From assembly GCA_024137785.1 (NCBI GenBank), contig JAHRHZ010000070.1:15963153-16027152 (forward strand): a stretch of DNA of 64,000 nucleotides, read 5' to 3'. Both the position numbers and the translations under genes were made by a program. Each line of letters starts with the position of its first letter. The first letter of the stretch is position 1. The stretch comes from Ginglymostoma cirratum. Its lineage: Eukaryota. The notes under the pieces were generated by a model that did not search any database, had not been told where the DNA came from, and worked only from the letters and a program-made list of their open reading frames with translations. Positions 24,437-36,081 of this stretch are shown one piece after another.

Positions 24437-24590
24437 CTCTCCTGTCATCGTGGTGCGAGGATTTAGGGCGGCTCCTGTTACTTCGCCACCAGAAGAGTCG
24501 TCAGAACGACACCCCTGGTAAACTGCCCATGCAGCCACCAATGAACCCTATGAGCACTATGAAACCAACACTCCCTCCTGGGCCCCACAG
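24437..24590 (+). CDS. ZMIZ1: ZMIZ1-like coding exon A (end of N-terminal TPR-like domain)
   Basis: tctctgcacag|CT...CACAG|gtcagt; 154 nt, phase 1 to 2; (A)[50 protein letters not shown](S). Confidence 0.95.
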
Positions 24591-25274
24591 GTCAGTCACC
24601 ATAAATCTGACTCCCTTTCTCCCTCAGTCTGCAGGCAGAGCGTTTGTACCCAGCGCAAAAATGGTTGTGGTGATCCATCTGTATGTGTGCAGTTAGACCC
24701 GTTTCTGTGAGAATCAGCCCCTGTTCACAGCATTCTGGTTAGTCTTCAGTCAGACCAAGTGCCCCTCACTGAAAACAGCAAGGCAGATCCAGTCCTCACT
24801 CTGTCCTTACTCAATTGGGCAATAATCTCACTGTTAATCCTGCAAGAGAATTACAGATCTTTAAAACGATGAATCAATGTACATTCCGAGAATTAAGAGC
24901 AAGGACCACTCCCACTTAAAAGCAGCTGCTAATGCAGTCATTTCAGGTCTGTGAAAATACCAACTTTCCACAGAAGGGGAAGGCGGATCCGGGAATGATG
25001 GGCCAGTGTTCAGTTTGTAGGTCAAGCGTTATTGTGTTCTGTGTAACTCTCTTACCTTTTGCAGACTGCAACACACTAACCAGAAATGCAACAGAGGTCT
25101 GGGCCACTGTTGAAACTGGGTGCCATTGCCCTGATGGTTAAAAAACAAGTACAAATCTACCACCCAAGGAGAGACAGCAGTGAGCTGCTTCTCAAACACT
25201 TTCCACAACAAAGATTTGTGATCAGAGTTTTGAAAGTTAATACTTAAGCCTGTGCAAAGATTGCCTGGACTGTG

Positions 25275-25522
25275 AGTGATCTGATATCTGGACCCCAGAG
25301 TGATCTGCTGATCTCTGGGACTGTTGGTAATCTATCTCCGATGATCTGATGTCTAAGATTGTTAGTAACCTGTCAATCTCTGGAACTATTAGTGATCTGG
25401 TGATCCACTGCGATCTGAGAATGTTTGTGATCTGCTGATCTGAGGCTGTCAGTGACCTTCTGATTGCTGTGATCAGTTGTGGATTCAACAGTGATCTGAT
25501 GTGGATCTCACCAGTGATTGTG
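25275..25522. repeat. Degenerate GATC-rich minisatellite
   Basis: Repeated agtgatctg(c)tgatct... units of roughly 25-30 nt. Confidence 0.65.
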
Positions 25523-26404
25523 AAGTTGGCGTGACTTGGGCACAGGTGAAAAGGAAGTTTGGCACCAGCACTTTGTGTGTGTGTCCAGATTCTGCTCAGT
25601 CGTGAAAATTGCAGCCTGAGATTTTTTTGGAGACAGTGCAGGTTGTGGCAAGGGAGTTTACTGCTGTGTACAGAAAATAAGGCAATAATGTTAATTTGTT
25701 TCAACTCAGCATTCTGCAGTGGTGCACCTATTTCGACCATAGACAGATTATATAAGATATAATATCCATTAACAGAGATATTGTTCAGGATAGCTTTTCT
25801 GAGATGTTAAATTTTAAAGCAACATTATTTTGGAAAATAGAATTGCTGCTGTTAATTAGGTGGGTGAATCTATTAACCTTTTATTTGTGAAACTGGCAAA
25901 GCTTATTGAATGGAAGGTTGTCACCAACCTCCTAGTCTTTGGAGCTACTTATGAAAAGTGCTTCCCATTATTACTGTTCAGGATGACACGTCTGTGGGTT
26001 CATTAAGTCTTTCAGAATTGTCTTTTAGTTAGCTGTTGTATGCACGAAATAACAGACCATTTCAACTGTGCTTTTGTCCTGGTCTCTCTACGTTTGTACC
26101 TCTTAACAGTTAAGAACCCATTGTCAAACACTAAAAAAATCACCCCGTGCTCTGAGGAGGACACACCTCGTGTGTTGGAACAGAGCGAGTCAATTACAGC
26201 CAAATTCACAGGAGTGGAGGTGCCTGATTTTAACCTTGACACCTTCTGAGGTAGCAAATCACAATTCAGCAAGGTACCCTCTCCTCACTATCCGGGGCTG
26301 CACCAATATAATTAACACATCCCTGAAATATGTCACCTTCTTGTCCACTGGTTCGACTTCATTGTCCCTTTGTAGGGTGCAGCTGGCCACCACTTCTGAT
26401 GACT

Positions 26405-26930
26405 GTAAGACATTGGAGCAGAATTAGGCCATTTGGCCCATTGGGTCCCCTCTACTATTTGCTCATGGCTGATGTATTTCTCAACCCCATTCTCCTGCCT
26501 TCTCCCCATAATCCTTGTTCTCCTTACCAATCAAGAGCCCATCTACCTCGATCTTAAATACACTCAATGACTTGGCCTCCATAGCCTTCTGCAGCAACGA
26601 ATTCCAGAGAGTCACCACCCTTTGGCTGAAGACATTGCTCCTGATCTCTGTTTGAAAGTGTTGTCCCCTCTGTCTGAGGCTGTGCTCTCCGGCCTTTGTT
26701 TCTCTTACTAGTGGAAACATTTTTTCCACATCCTCTCTGTTGAGGCTTGTCAGTATTCTGCAAGTTTCAGTCAGTTCCCCACAACACTTCCGCCGCCACC
26801 ACCACCAACCCCGCCCCCCCATCCCCCTCCCCCAATCATTCTAAATTCCATCAAATACAGACCCAGAATTCTCAACCGCACTCCTCATATGACAGGCCCT
26901 TCATCCCCGGGATCATTGTTGTAAACTTGT
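26405..26930 (-). mobile_element. CR1 LINE 3' end
   Basis: Minus ORF with LTETCRIL..FSQRVVTLWNSL (CR1 ORF2 C-terminus). Confidence 0.88.
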
Positions 26931-28191
26931 GATGCTGTGGCTTGTTACTAGCAATGATTCAGGGAGTTTACTTTGAGCAGGGGCTGGAACTAGGGGTGTT
27001 TTGTTGACACTTGTGGCAGAGAAGAGGGTCAAGCCACAGACAACATCCTGTCAGCTAAACAATAGTCTGCCCATTGGTCACCAGCCTTGACTGATTTCAT
27101 GTGGAGCATGAAGGATGAAAAAAGGTGGCTGAACTACTAACTCAGTCAGTGCAGTAGACAGTATGCAGACCTTCATTTGAGTACAGCTCACTGATGCACA
27201 GGAAAGACATTCAAACACCAGAGGCTATAGAGGGGAGGACCATTGGGCTAATTCCTCGTGTCAACATGATCAGCTGGTGCAATTCTGTTATTTTAGCCTG
27301 GAAAGCAGGCATCTGAGAGCTCAGCTCATGGAAGTGTGTTAAGATAAATGAACCCTGGAAATGATGAATCCAGACATTGAGATGGATAATTACCCTTTAG
27401 CTCATCAAATGCTGGCACAAGCAGAATGGGCTGAATAGCATGCTCCTGTTCCTATTGTCCTCTGACTGGTTCAAAGTAGAAAATCATACATGTAGGACAA
27501 ATACCATGAATCATACATGTAGAACAGATACCATGAGATTCTTTACCACATGAAGAGTAATCAACGCATAGAATGATTTTCTAGGAGATCTAAATTCTGG
27601 AGTCTACCAAAAACCAATTGAATGGGGGATATCAGGGTGTTTCTGGATTCCTGAACAAAGAATGGCTGAATCATCTTTTACTTCCATAGGCTTTGTCAGT
27701 TTGTGATCCAATATAACTGTTAGTGTATTTAACTGTTACTTATGAACAGATGTGTCTTACAAGTATTAATAATGTTACTAATAACCAGCTTTCTCTTTGC
27801 AAGACAATGTGAAGATTGCCCTGAGTAATTTGCTTTTCTACATGTCTTGCATCATGGGCAAGTCCAGCAAACATCAAAGTGTTAAAAGTTTTTGAGGAAG
27901 CCAGCCATTTCCTACTATTTATTTTTAACTTGACCTTTACAAGGACCTACCGATGTGCGGAAATAGTCTTCAGTAAAAGTTCTCCAATTCACCTCAGGCA
28001 ATGCCAACATGACAGGCTCAGAACAGCTTGCTCAAACTCTTTAGCCTACCCATTCACTTCAAGGGCTATCCTTAAGCAAGTTTGAATCTCAGATCCTTTG
28101 GTACAATGGTGGAAAATAGTTGAGGGTTGAGTGATCCATCATAATATGTAGTAATTGCTTCTGTTTCTCTCTCTCTCACATTCTCATGCAG

Positions 28192-28306
28192 TGATGGGTC
28201 ATTCACCTATGACCCTGTTCCTTGGCAGCAAAACACGAGTCAACCACCAGGGTCGTTGTCTGTAGTTACAACTGTGTGGGGAGTCACCAATACATCACAA
28301 AGCCAG
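28192..28306 (+). CDS. ZMIZ1: ZMIZ1-like coding exon B
   Basis: ctcatgcag|T...AGCCAG|gtaacg; 115 nt; [38 protein letters not shown]. Confidence 0.95.
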
Positions 28307-29589
28307 GTAACGTGAGTTCTGTAATGTATCTTCACTGTGCATGTGCCACAACCTGAGGCAATCATCGAGGTGACCTTCAAGGCAAATAAATTAAACTCTT
28401 CTAAAGTTATTTGTAACAGTTGTTTGCAATGCAATCGCCTTAAGTTGTGGCAGCCCAGAAGTCTAAAGACATCCGAAAACAAACCACAAACTTCTAATTA
28501 CAGAATGAGGCATACGCATTGAGAAAGCAGTGGGTTTGACCTGCTGGTCTGCTGAATTAGCTATTCTCAGCTATGTTAGCTCTCAGAGCTCCAGCATTGG
28601 TTTGAGGCCTCCCAAAAATCAGTTGAAATTCCTCTTTTACCCCCACCCAGTGTTGGAAGAACATTTTAGTGGGTACTAAGCAAGGACAAAATCAGGGCTG
28701 CTCTGAAGTTCAATAGCCTGCCAATGCTCATTGTATCAGAGCACACGTGAAGACTGACCACTCGCACGCAGTTCTGGAGGACGTCATTCAGAGTCAAACC
28801 CCAGCAGGACTACAGTAGGAAACTGAGTTTTATACTTAGAATAAAAGAATTTACACCTTAATGCTTTGCAGCTGCTCAATTATTGAAGGACAATTAAGAT
28901 ATGGAAGAGCAATATTTAGGATTCACTGGAATGATAGCTGAGGTGAGAAGTTATGATTGTTAGGAAAGAGTCAAAAAGGTAGCTTTCTTCCAGTGGAACA
29001 GGGAAGACTACGGTGGATGAAGACCAAAAGAACTGCGGATGCTGTACCTCAGGAACAAAAAACAGAAGTTGCTGGAAAAGCTCAGCAGGTGCAGCAGCAT
29101 TTGTGAAGAAAAAATCAGAGTTAACGTTTTGGGTCCGTTCTAAAGACTAAGGTGAAGGTAGCCAATAGGGATTTTCAAAACCGAGTTATTGCTGGAAGAA
29201 TGAAGCTTGAAGAAACCTTTCCCTGAGCAGATATATTTGAAGGGGATACTTTATCAGTGGAGTGATAGACACTTACATCGTTTTATAGAGTACTGCATTT
29301 GGAAAGGAAAAACATGAAACGAAGTGGGACAGCACAAATAGTTCCAGTAGAAAAAACCAGCACAGGGACAACAGACTTGACTCTGTGTTGAAATTCTTTG
29401 ATTCAATAAGACTCTGACTTTGGGACAGGAAATTGGGGTGGAGTCAGGGGTGAGAGTTGCTTCAGCTCCCATCCTGCCCTTTTAACTCTATTGGAAGAAT
29501 TATTGGTCATGATCCAAGCTGGCACATTGCACTAAGTGAGCCTTGAGGAGTAAAAGCTGCCATTGGACATGTGCTGGCATTTTGAAAGC

Positions 29590-29900
29590 TGCCAGCATTT
29601 ATTGATCATCACTGACTGAGCTTGATCTGTGGGGCTTGCCTCACATTTGAGACCGAACCACATTGCTGTGGGTCTGGAGTCACATGCAGGCTAGGCCAGG
29701 TCAGGATGGCAGATATCCTTCTCAAATGGGCATGAGTGAACCGGGTGGGACTTTACAACAGTTCATGGTAGTTACCATGGTAACCATCATTATGGCTAGC
29801 TTTCAGTTCCAGATTTATTAATTCTGATCCATGGTGGGATTTGAACCCATATCACCAGATCATTAGCCTGAGAGTCTGGATTACTAGTCAAGTGACATTG
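29590..29900 (-). mobile_element. SINE-B copy about 110 nt upstream of exon C
   Basis: ggtctggagtcacatgcaggc...atggtgggatttgaaccc. Confidence 0.8.
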
Positions 29901-30012
29901 CTGTAAAACAGCCGTTCTCCCTCTGTGTTAACATCTTGCTCAGAATCTCACTGTTTTTCTATCTCGTTTCCCAGTGCTTTTTAATACAGTTCCTTTCTCT
30001 TTCTGCAAGCAG

Positions 30013-30233
30013 GTGCTGGGAAATCCAATGGCAAATGCCAGTAACCCCATGACTCCAGGAGGGAACCCAATGGGCTCAGGGATGTCGGCGAACAATCCCG
30101 GGATTAACTCGCCTCAATTTGCCAGTCAGCAGCAGCAGTTTTCAGCTAGCAAGGGTGGCTCCAACCAAGCCTACATGCAGCAGGGCATGTATGGCCGACC
30201 AAACTACCCTGGAAGTGGCAACTTTGGGAGCAG
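30013..30233 (+). CDS. ZMIZ1: ZMIZ1-like coding exon C
   Basis: gcaagcag|GTG...AGCAG|gtaaat; 221 nt; [20 protein letters not shown]...[14 protein letters not shown]. Confidence 0.95.
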
Positions 30234-31323
30234 GTAAATATCCATAGCACATTGCTGCCTGAACACAAGGGGGACTGTGGGTTCCTCCAGAAGCCTGGAA
30301 AAACAATACTGAACTGGCAAAGTGCCAAAGCCAATGGTCATTATTCAAACTTGTCCATTGCAGACAAATAGAGACGGCTCATGTTAGCTCAGTTGATGAC
30401 ACTTGAATCATTTGTATCTATGCTTTTGACTGTGTCAATTGGTATAATTCTCACACATCCCATTGCCATTCTTCAATTTTCTTTCTTTATTTTCTCTTAG
30501 TTTTATTTGGAAGCTTTAGTGAAAACAGCCATTTATGGCCTAATAATCTATTCATTTCTCTGTCTGACTGAATATCCTTCCACAACTCTGAGGCCAACAA
30601 GAGACTTATTTTTTCAGACCACCCAGTGTAGACCAAATGAGCACCTTGTCCCAGGGATATTTCTCATTGAGCTTTTTTCTTGCCTTTATATGTTAAGACA
30701 GCAAATTCTTCATTCACTATTTCCATAAGTATAGAACTGACTTATAGAGTCATAGAGCACAGACACAGACCCTTCAGCCCAATCAGTCCATGCTGAACAT
30801 AATCCCAAAGTAAACTAGTCCTACCTGCCTGTTCCTGGCCCTTATCCCTCCAAACCTTTCCAATTTGCGTACTTACCAAGTGGCTTTTAAATGTTGTAAA
30901 CTGTGCCCACATTCACCACTTCCTTTGATCTTCTACTTCCTGCCTCTCTCCCCAGGTAACACGACATCCTGTAGCTAAGGAGACCGTTCCCATGTCACTA
31001 GGAACTGGAAAGTACACAGTCCAGTCTAATTCTTCATGCCCTCCTTCCAAGGTCAAGCTGATCTTCACTTACCACCTCTTCATGCTTGTGGGGTGAAGGG
31101 AGACCTAACCTCAACCCTTTCCCTTTGTGTGGAGCCTGGCACATCCCCAACACACTTAATCACCATTTAAAGAGGCTCATTCATTTGATGCTTGTGGCTT
31201 CTGCCAGAATCTTTGCCTTTGAAACTACAGGTAGAAGTTGCATTGCCAATGTGTCTGGTAGCTTCCATGTTATCGTTATAAATGATGCCAACAGGGCGCT
31301 GCTTGCTTTCATCTCTCTTTCAG

Positions 31324-31522
31324 TTACCCCGGTGGTCCTAATGCCCCTGGCTCCATGGGCATTCCTCCACACAGCAGGCCGCCAACAGATTTCACTCAGC
31401 CAGCAGCAGCAGCGGCAGCGGCAGCGGTAGCAGCCGCGGCAGCTACAGCTACAGCAACTGCGACTGCGACCGTGGCCGCCCTGCAAGAGAAGCAGAACCA
31501 GGAGATGAATCAGTATGGCCCG
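31324..31522 (+). CDS. ZMIZ1: ZMIZ1-like coding exon D (alanine-rich domain)
   Basis: ctctttcag|T...GGCCCG|gtaagg; 199 nt; [66 protein letters not shown]. Confidence 0.96.
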
Positions 31523-31899
31523 GTAAGGCTCCGTCTCCATCGCTTAACAACCTCCTCGTGTCCACTGCTCATTCATCTGTTAGTCCACTCTGTAATGGTC
31601 TTGGCAGAGTTACTCAGTGTGACCAAGAAAGTGCCTTTGCACTTTGAAAAGCTGGTTGTGGTCAGACTGATGAAAGAAAGAGTCTGCATTTACATAGCAC
31701 CATCCAAAACTACAGGACATTTCATTAGCACTTTACAGTCAATACTTTTGAGTTGTAGTCACTTTCAGGGGAGACTTCTTTATCCAAAGAGTGGTTAGAA
31801 TCTGGAACTAGCTGCCATCAAGGTTTTCATGTAGAGGTTAGATACGTGCATGAAGCAGAAAGCTAGGTCTTTTTAAGTTCAGCCATGGGATATGTGCTT

Positions 31900-32550
31900 T
31901 TACTGTGCATTCTAATTGCCCTGAGAAGGCCATGGTAATTTGTGCCGTAAATAAAAATGAATGGCTTTCTAGGTCATTTCCTATTGCTTTGAGTCTAGAG
32001 CCTCACATAGGTTGGACCAGATAAGGACAAGAGTTTGCCTTCATTAAGGGCATTAGATGGGATTATTCCAACTAGCTTCTTATTTCCAATTTATTTAATT
32101 CCTTTTGGTTTTATTTCTGATTTATTGCAATTCCCATCTCCTGATCATCAATCCAGGCCGCCATGTTACTGGTCCAGTAATGTAACCACTATGCCACATC
32201 TTATTTGTTTTCCTTCATATTCATTCTCAGGATGAGGGTGTTGCTGGCCATGTCAGCATTTATTATCCATCCTTAAATGCCCAGAGGGCTGATGAGACTC
32301 TCCCACTTTGCTGTTGGTCTAGATTGAGATGAAGGCCAGGCCCTGAAGAACATTGGTGAACCAGATGGGTTTCTTTTCCCAACAACTGACAATGGATTCA
32401 AGATCATCATTAGACTCTTAATTCCAGATATTTATTAAATTCAAATTCCACCATCTACCACGGTGGGATTTGGACCTGGGTCCCCAGAAAATTACTTGAG
32501 TCTCTAGATTAGCAGTCCAGTGATAATGCCACTGGCTATCGCCTCCCTAA
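31900..32550 (-). mobile_element. Two tandem SINE-B copies interrupting a CR1 fragment
   Basis: Copies at about 31900-32200 and 32215-32550; CR1-like sequence at 31765-31860 resumes at about 32550. Confidence 0.75.
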
Positions 32551-33481
32551 GCATGGGGTTAGATGAGGAGGGATGGCAGAGAAGGCCTGGCGCGGACATA
32601 AACACCAGCATTGATCTGTCGGGCTGAATGTTTGCACATTTTGTAATAGTGTAATGTAATAGTGTTGTCGTGTCGGAAACTCAGCAGCCAAATGGCACTG
32701 CACGATGAGATCAATTACAAGGTAGTCTTGAATTTCATCTGATCTTGAAGGACCTTGTCAGAGAGAGATGGCATCTCCAGCACTGTAGCATTCCAGCTGT
32801 CAGCAGAGGATGTGTCCTCAAGGGTTCTGGAGTGAGGGTTTAGCACCACAATTCAGCCAAATGAGTGGCAGTGACGCTACTTACTGAGCCACTGCTGACT
32901 GGGTTGGGAGCGCGGCTTGATTCTGAACTCAGGAGGCACAGGAGGTAGCATGACACCATGCATCATGCATGGCTCACCCATTGCCCATTGAACAGCCCAG
33001 AACTGCAGGGATGAATCCAGCACTTCATTCACACAGTCAGAGAGTGGCATAGCAGGGGGTAGACCACAGCTCTTTCATAAAATGCTAGTTAGGAATGCAT
33101 GGGTGTCATTGAAAGAAAATATATCAACAAAAGTGCCCTGTTACAAAGGCGATAAACGTCACATTTTTAATAAAAGCAAAGGAAAATGATCAAACTAAAG
33201 GATAGTGGTGTGTCTGGCACTGCTGTCCAGTTCACCTCTTCAGTGCCTGCTGCTTGTGGAAGGCCTCATAGGCAGATCCCATATGTTGCCTCATCAGGGG
33301 CAAATTGTGCTATGCCAGTTACGGCACTCATACGCAGGATCCTAGCCATCATGCCAATACACATTAGCTTCACCACACGTTAATTCTAATCTGAGTATTT
33401 TTTCCTCCACCAGTTCCACTTCCCCAGGCTCGTGTTTGTGTTCTGAAACATCTTTCTCAAGGCTGTTTCTCCTTTTTGCAG

Positions 33482-33760
33482 ATGGGCCCAGCCCAGGCTT
33501 ACAACAATCAGTTCATGAATCAACAGGGAGCACGGGGCCCCTCATCTATGCCGGGCAACATGAACCCAGGAGGGATGGGAGGTGGCATGACCCCGTCCAG
33601 CATGAGTGGACCCCCCATGCCCATCAACCAGCCCAGACCTCCAGGGATGAATCCGGTGTTTGCGTCCCACAACCAGAGAGTGTCACAGCAGGGCTATCCA
33701 GGCCCACGGCCATCGCAGCCAATGCCTGTGCAGGGAGTGAAAAGACCCTATCCGGGCGAG
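33482..33760 (+). CDS. ZMIZ1: ZMIZ1-like coding exon E (proline-rich region)
   Basis: tttttgcag|ATG...GGCGAG|gtgagc; 279 nt; [20 protein letters not shown]...GVKRPYPGE. Confidence 0.95.
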
Positions 33761-34099
33761 GTGAGCAAAGCTAAGGTACAGGCCTGATGAGCAACAGGCA
33801 TTTTGTTTCTGTGTTCAATTCCAGAAAACCATGCAGTGAAGGATAGAACTGAAGTCTGATCATTCTAGTCCGTATAAGGTTTAATTTAGCAAGATTCATT
33901 ATAACCACTCTTCTCCAAACTCAAGATCCACGTTTTTCAGTCTGTTTATGCCAATTTAAATAAAACCAAAACAAGCTACATTAAAATGTCACAGCCCTTA
34001 AGCAGTCACTGTAACAAAAGTCAAAACTTTAATTTAAAAATTTCAATCTTATGCAATAATGGTGCTCACTGACTGCAGTGGCTTGAAGTGTACCATTGG

Positions 34100-34430
34100 A
34101 CTATTTGATTTTAATTAACTTGTTTGAACGTGTTATGGCACAGCTACATAGCCACCTCGCATCCCGAGATGGGACTTGAACCCAGACCTTTTGATCCAGG
34201 GGTAAGGATGCTACAACCACACAAGACCCTTCTTTTAGTGGGAGCACAAGTGGAACCTTTGATAGTGACAACCATCTGAATAGAGTTACAAACTTAGTAA
34301 TAGGCAGCATTACCAGCTGTTGTGGCGCAGTGATACTGTCCCTGTCTTTGAGCTAGGAGGCCTGGGTTCAAGTTCCACCCTGCCCCAGTGATGTGTAATA
34401 ACATGTCCAAACAGGTTGATTAGAAAGTAT
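34100..34430. mobile_element. Two head-to-head copies of a short (about 120 bp) tRNA-derived SINE (SINE-C)
   Basis: 34100-34230 (-) and 34315-34430 (+). Other copies at about 2321-2410, 20589-20680, 34648-34730 and 42158-42250 share parts of gtggcgcagtg...gggttcaagtccca...aacaggttgat. Confidence 0.75.
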
Positions 34431-34730
34431 TTGGAATTTGGGGACCGAGCTGCTCACTCTGTTTTCCTGCCTCAGCCCCACCTTTGATGGTCTGCATTAC
34501 CCTTCGGGGAATTTGCATGTAATTTAATGAGTTGGAAGACAAGGATGATTTCATAGTGGTGGTTAATAGGTGGAAATATTGGTGGTAGGAAAAGCCATTC
34601 CGGTTGTGTATGATAGCACTTCCAGATACAAAAAAAATAGACAATGTTAGAGCGCTTGCGGACCAGTGGTAGTGTCCCTACCTCTGAGCCAGGAGGTCTG
34701 TGTTCCCACTTGCACGAGTGGTGTGTAAGA

Positions 34731-34985
34731 ACATAGAATCCCTACAGTGCAAATAGAGGCCATTTGGCCCATCAAGTATGCACCGACCTTCCAACCACCC
34801 AAACCCACAAACCAGTGCTCTGTATTTAGCATGGCCAATCCACCTAACCTGCACTTCTTTGGACTGTGGGAAGAAACCAGAACACCCAGAGGAAACCCAT
34901 GCAGACACGGGGAGAACATGCAAACTCTACACAGATTCTTGCCAGAGGTTAGAATCAAACTTGCAGCCCTGCTGTTTCACAGCGC
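34731..34985 (-). mobile_element. HE1-type V-SINE nested in a short SINE
   Basis: Reverse-complement V-domain and tail; the flanks 34648-34730 and about 35005-35040 are two halves of the short SINE family. Confidence 0.85.
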
Positions 34986-35687
34986 CAGGGACAATCATTA
35001 TCCCACCCATAATCTCTGAAGAGATTGATTAAAAATATCTGGACAACTTAATGAACCAGTCATACAGAATTTCAAAAACCTTATTAATATATGAGTTGTG
35101 TTTGTATTTGTTAATGCTTAACATTTGTTATTTTGTCTAATTAAAATGTTCCACGAATTTGTTGATGACTAGATCTTATGAGTAATCCTGTTTATCCACT
35201 TCCACCTTCCACTTGAATTTGGTAGTTTCTTGCCCACACTTACTCTGCTGTCTGAGGTGTGTCACCCGTCTGCTGTATCTTGTAATTGCAATATTTGCCC
35301 CATTTCAGACATTGCCAACACCACTAAGTTTAGGGGTTTACGAGCCCAATGATTTCAAGAAGGAGTAAGGTGTAGTACTTAGGACTAAAAGGATCAAAGG
35401 ATATGGGGAAAAAGCAGGAACAAGGTTGGATGATCAGTCATTACTATATTGAATGGTGGAGCAGGCTTTAAGGCTTAATAGCCTACTCCTGCTCCTATTT
35501 ACTGTGTTTCTATGAGCCATTCTGACATTGGGTAGGGGGCAACCAGCATCTTGACACCATTGCATTTGCCTCAGGATCCAGCTTTCAGCTTTGACTTCCT
35601 TAAGCTTCACCTAAACTAGCCAGATCTCCATGACTTTGTGTTTAGGACCTCTTGTGAAAGCAATACAAGTAGATTTGTGTTTTGCAG

Positions 35688-35870
35688 CCAAGTTATGGAG
35701 CACAGCAGTATGGACCAAGCAGCCAGTTTGCCAATCAGCCTGGCCAGTATCCAACAGGCAACCCTCAAAGGCCCATCACATCACCCAGTTACCCTGGCCA
35801 GAGGCTGCCTGGCCAGCAGAGTACAGGCCAGTATCCTCCACCTCCAGTGAACATGGCTCAGTACTACAAG
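35688..35870 (+). CDS. ZMIZ1: ZMIZ1-like coding exon F (GC donor)
   Basis: ttttgcag|CCA...TACAAG|gcaagt; 183 nt; [14 protein letters not shown]...VNMAQYYK. Confidence 0.92.
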
Positions 35871-36006
35871 GCAAGTGCACATCTTACTGGTTTTCTATTG
35901 GGTGTTTCTTGACCTGAATTGCCTATTCCTCAGATGAGCTGAATTGACTGTTGACCGCAATTCTTTTGTTTTTTCACATCCTGTCCCCCTTCCCTCACTG
36001 CAACAG

Positions 36007-36081
36007 GCAGAGCAGTTTAATGGACAAAACAACAGTTTTGCTGGAAGTGGCTATACCTACAGTCAAAGTAGTCTGAATGGG
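36007..36081 (+). CDS. ZMIZ1: ZMIZ1-like coding exon G
   Basis: ctgcaacag|GCA...AATGGG|gtaagt; 75 nt; AEQFNGQNNSFAGSGYTYSQSSLNG. Confidence 0.92.

Noticed and set aside
25237-25740. 167-aa minus-strand ORF
   Set aside because: Overlaps the GATC-rich degenerate repeat; no domain similarity recognised
27482-27535. 27-nt tandem duplication (a similar short duplication at about 20194-20239)
   Set aside because: Two-copy slippage inside old LINE remnants; no spacers, so not CRISPR-like
31181-31540. Antisense Cys/Arg-rich ORF
   Set aside because: It is the shadow of the Ala/Thr codons in exon D
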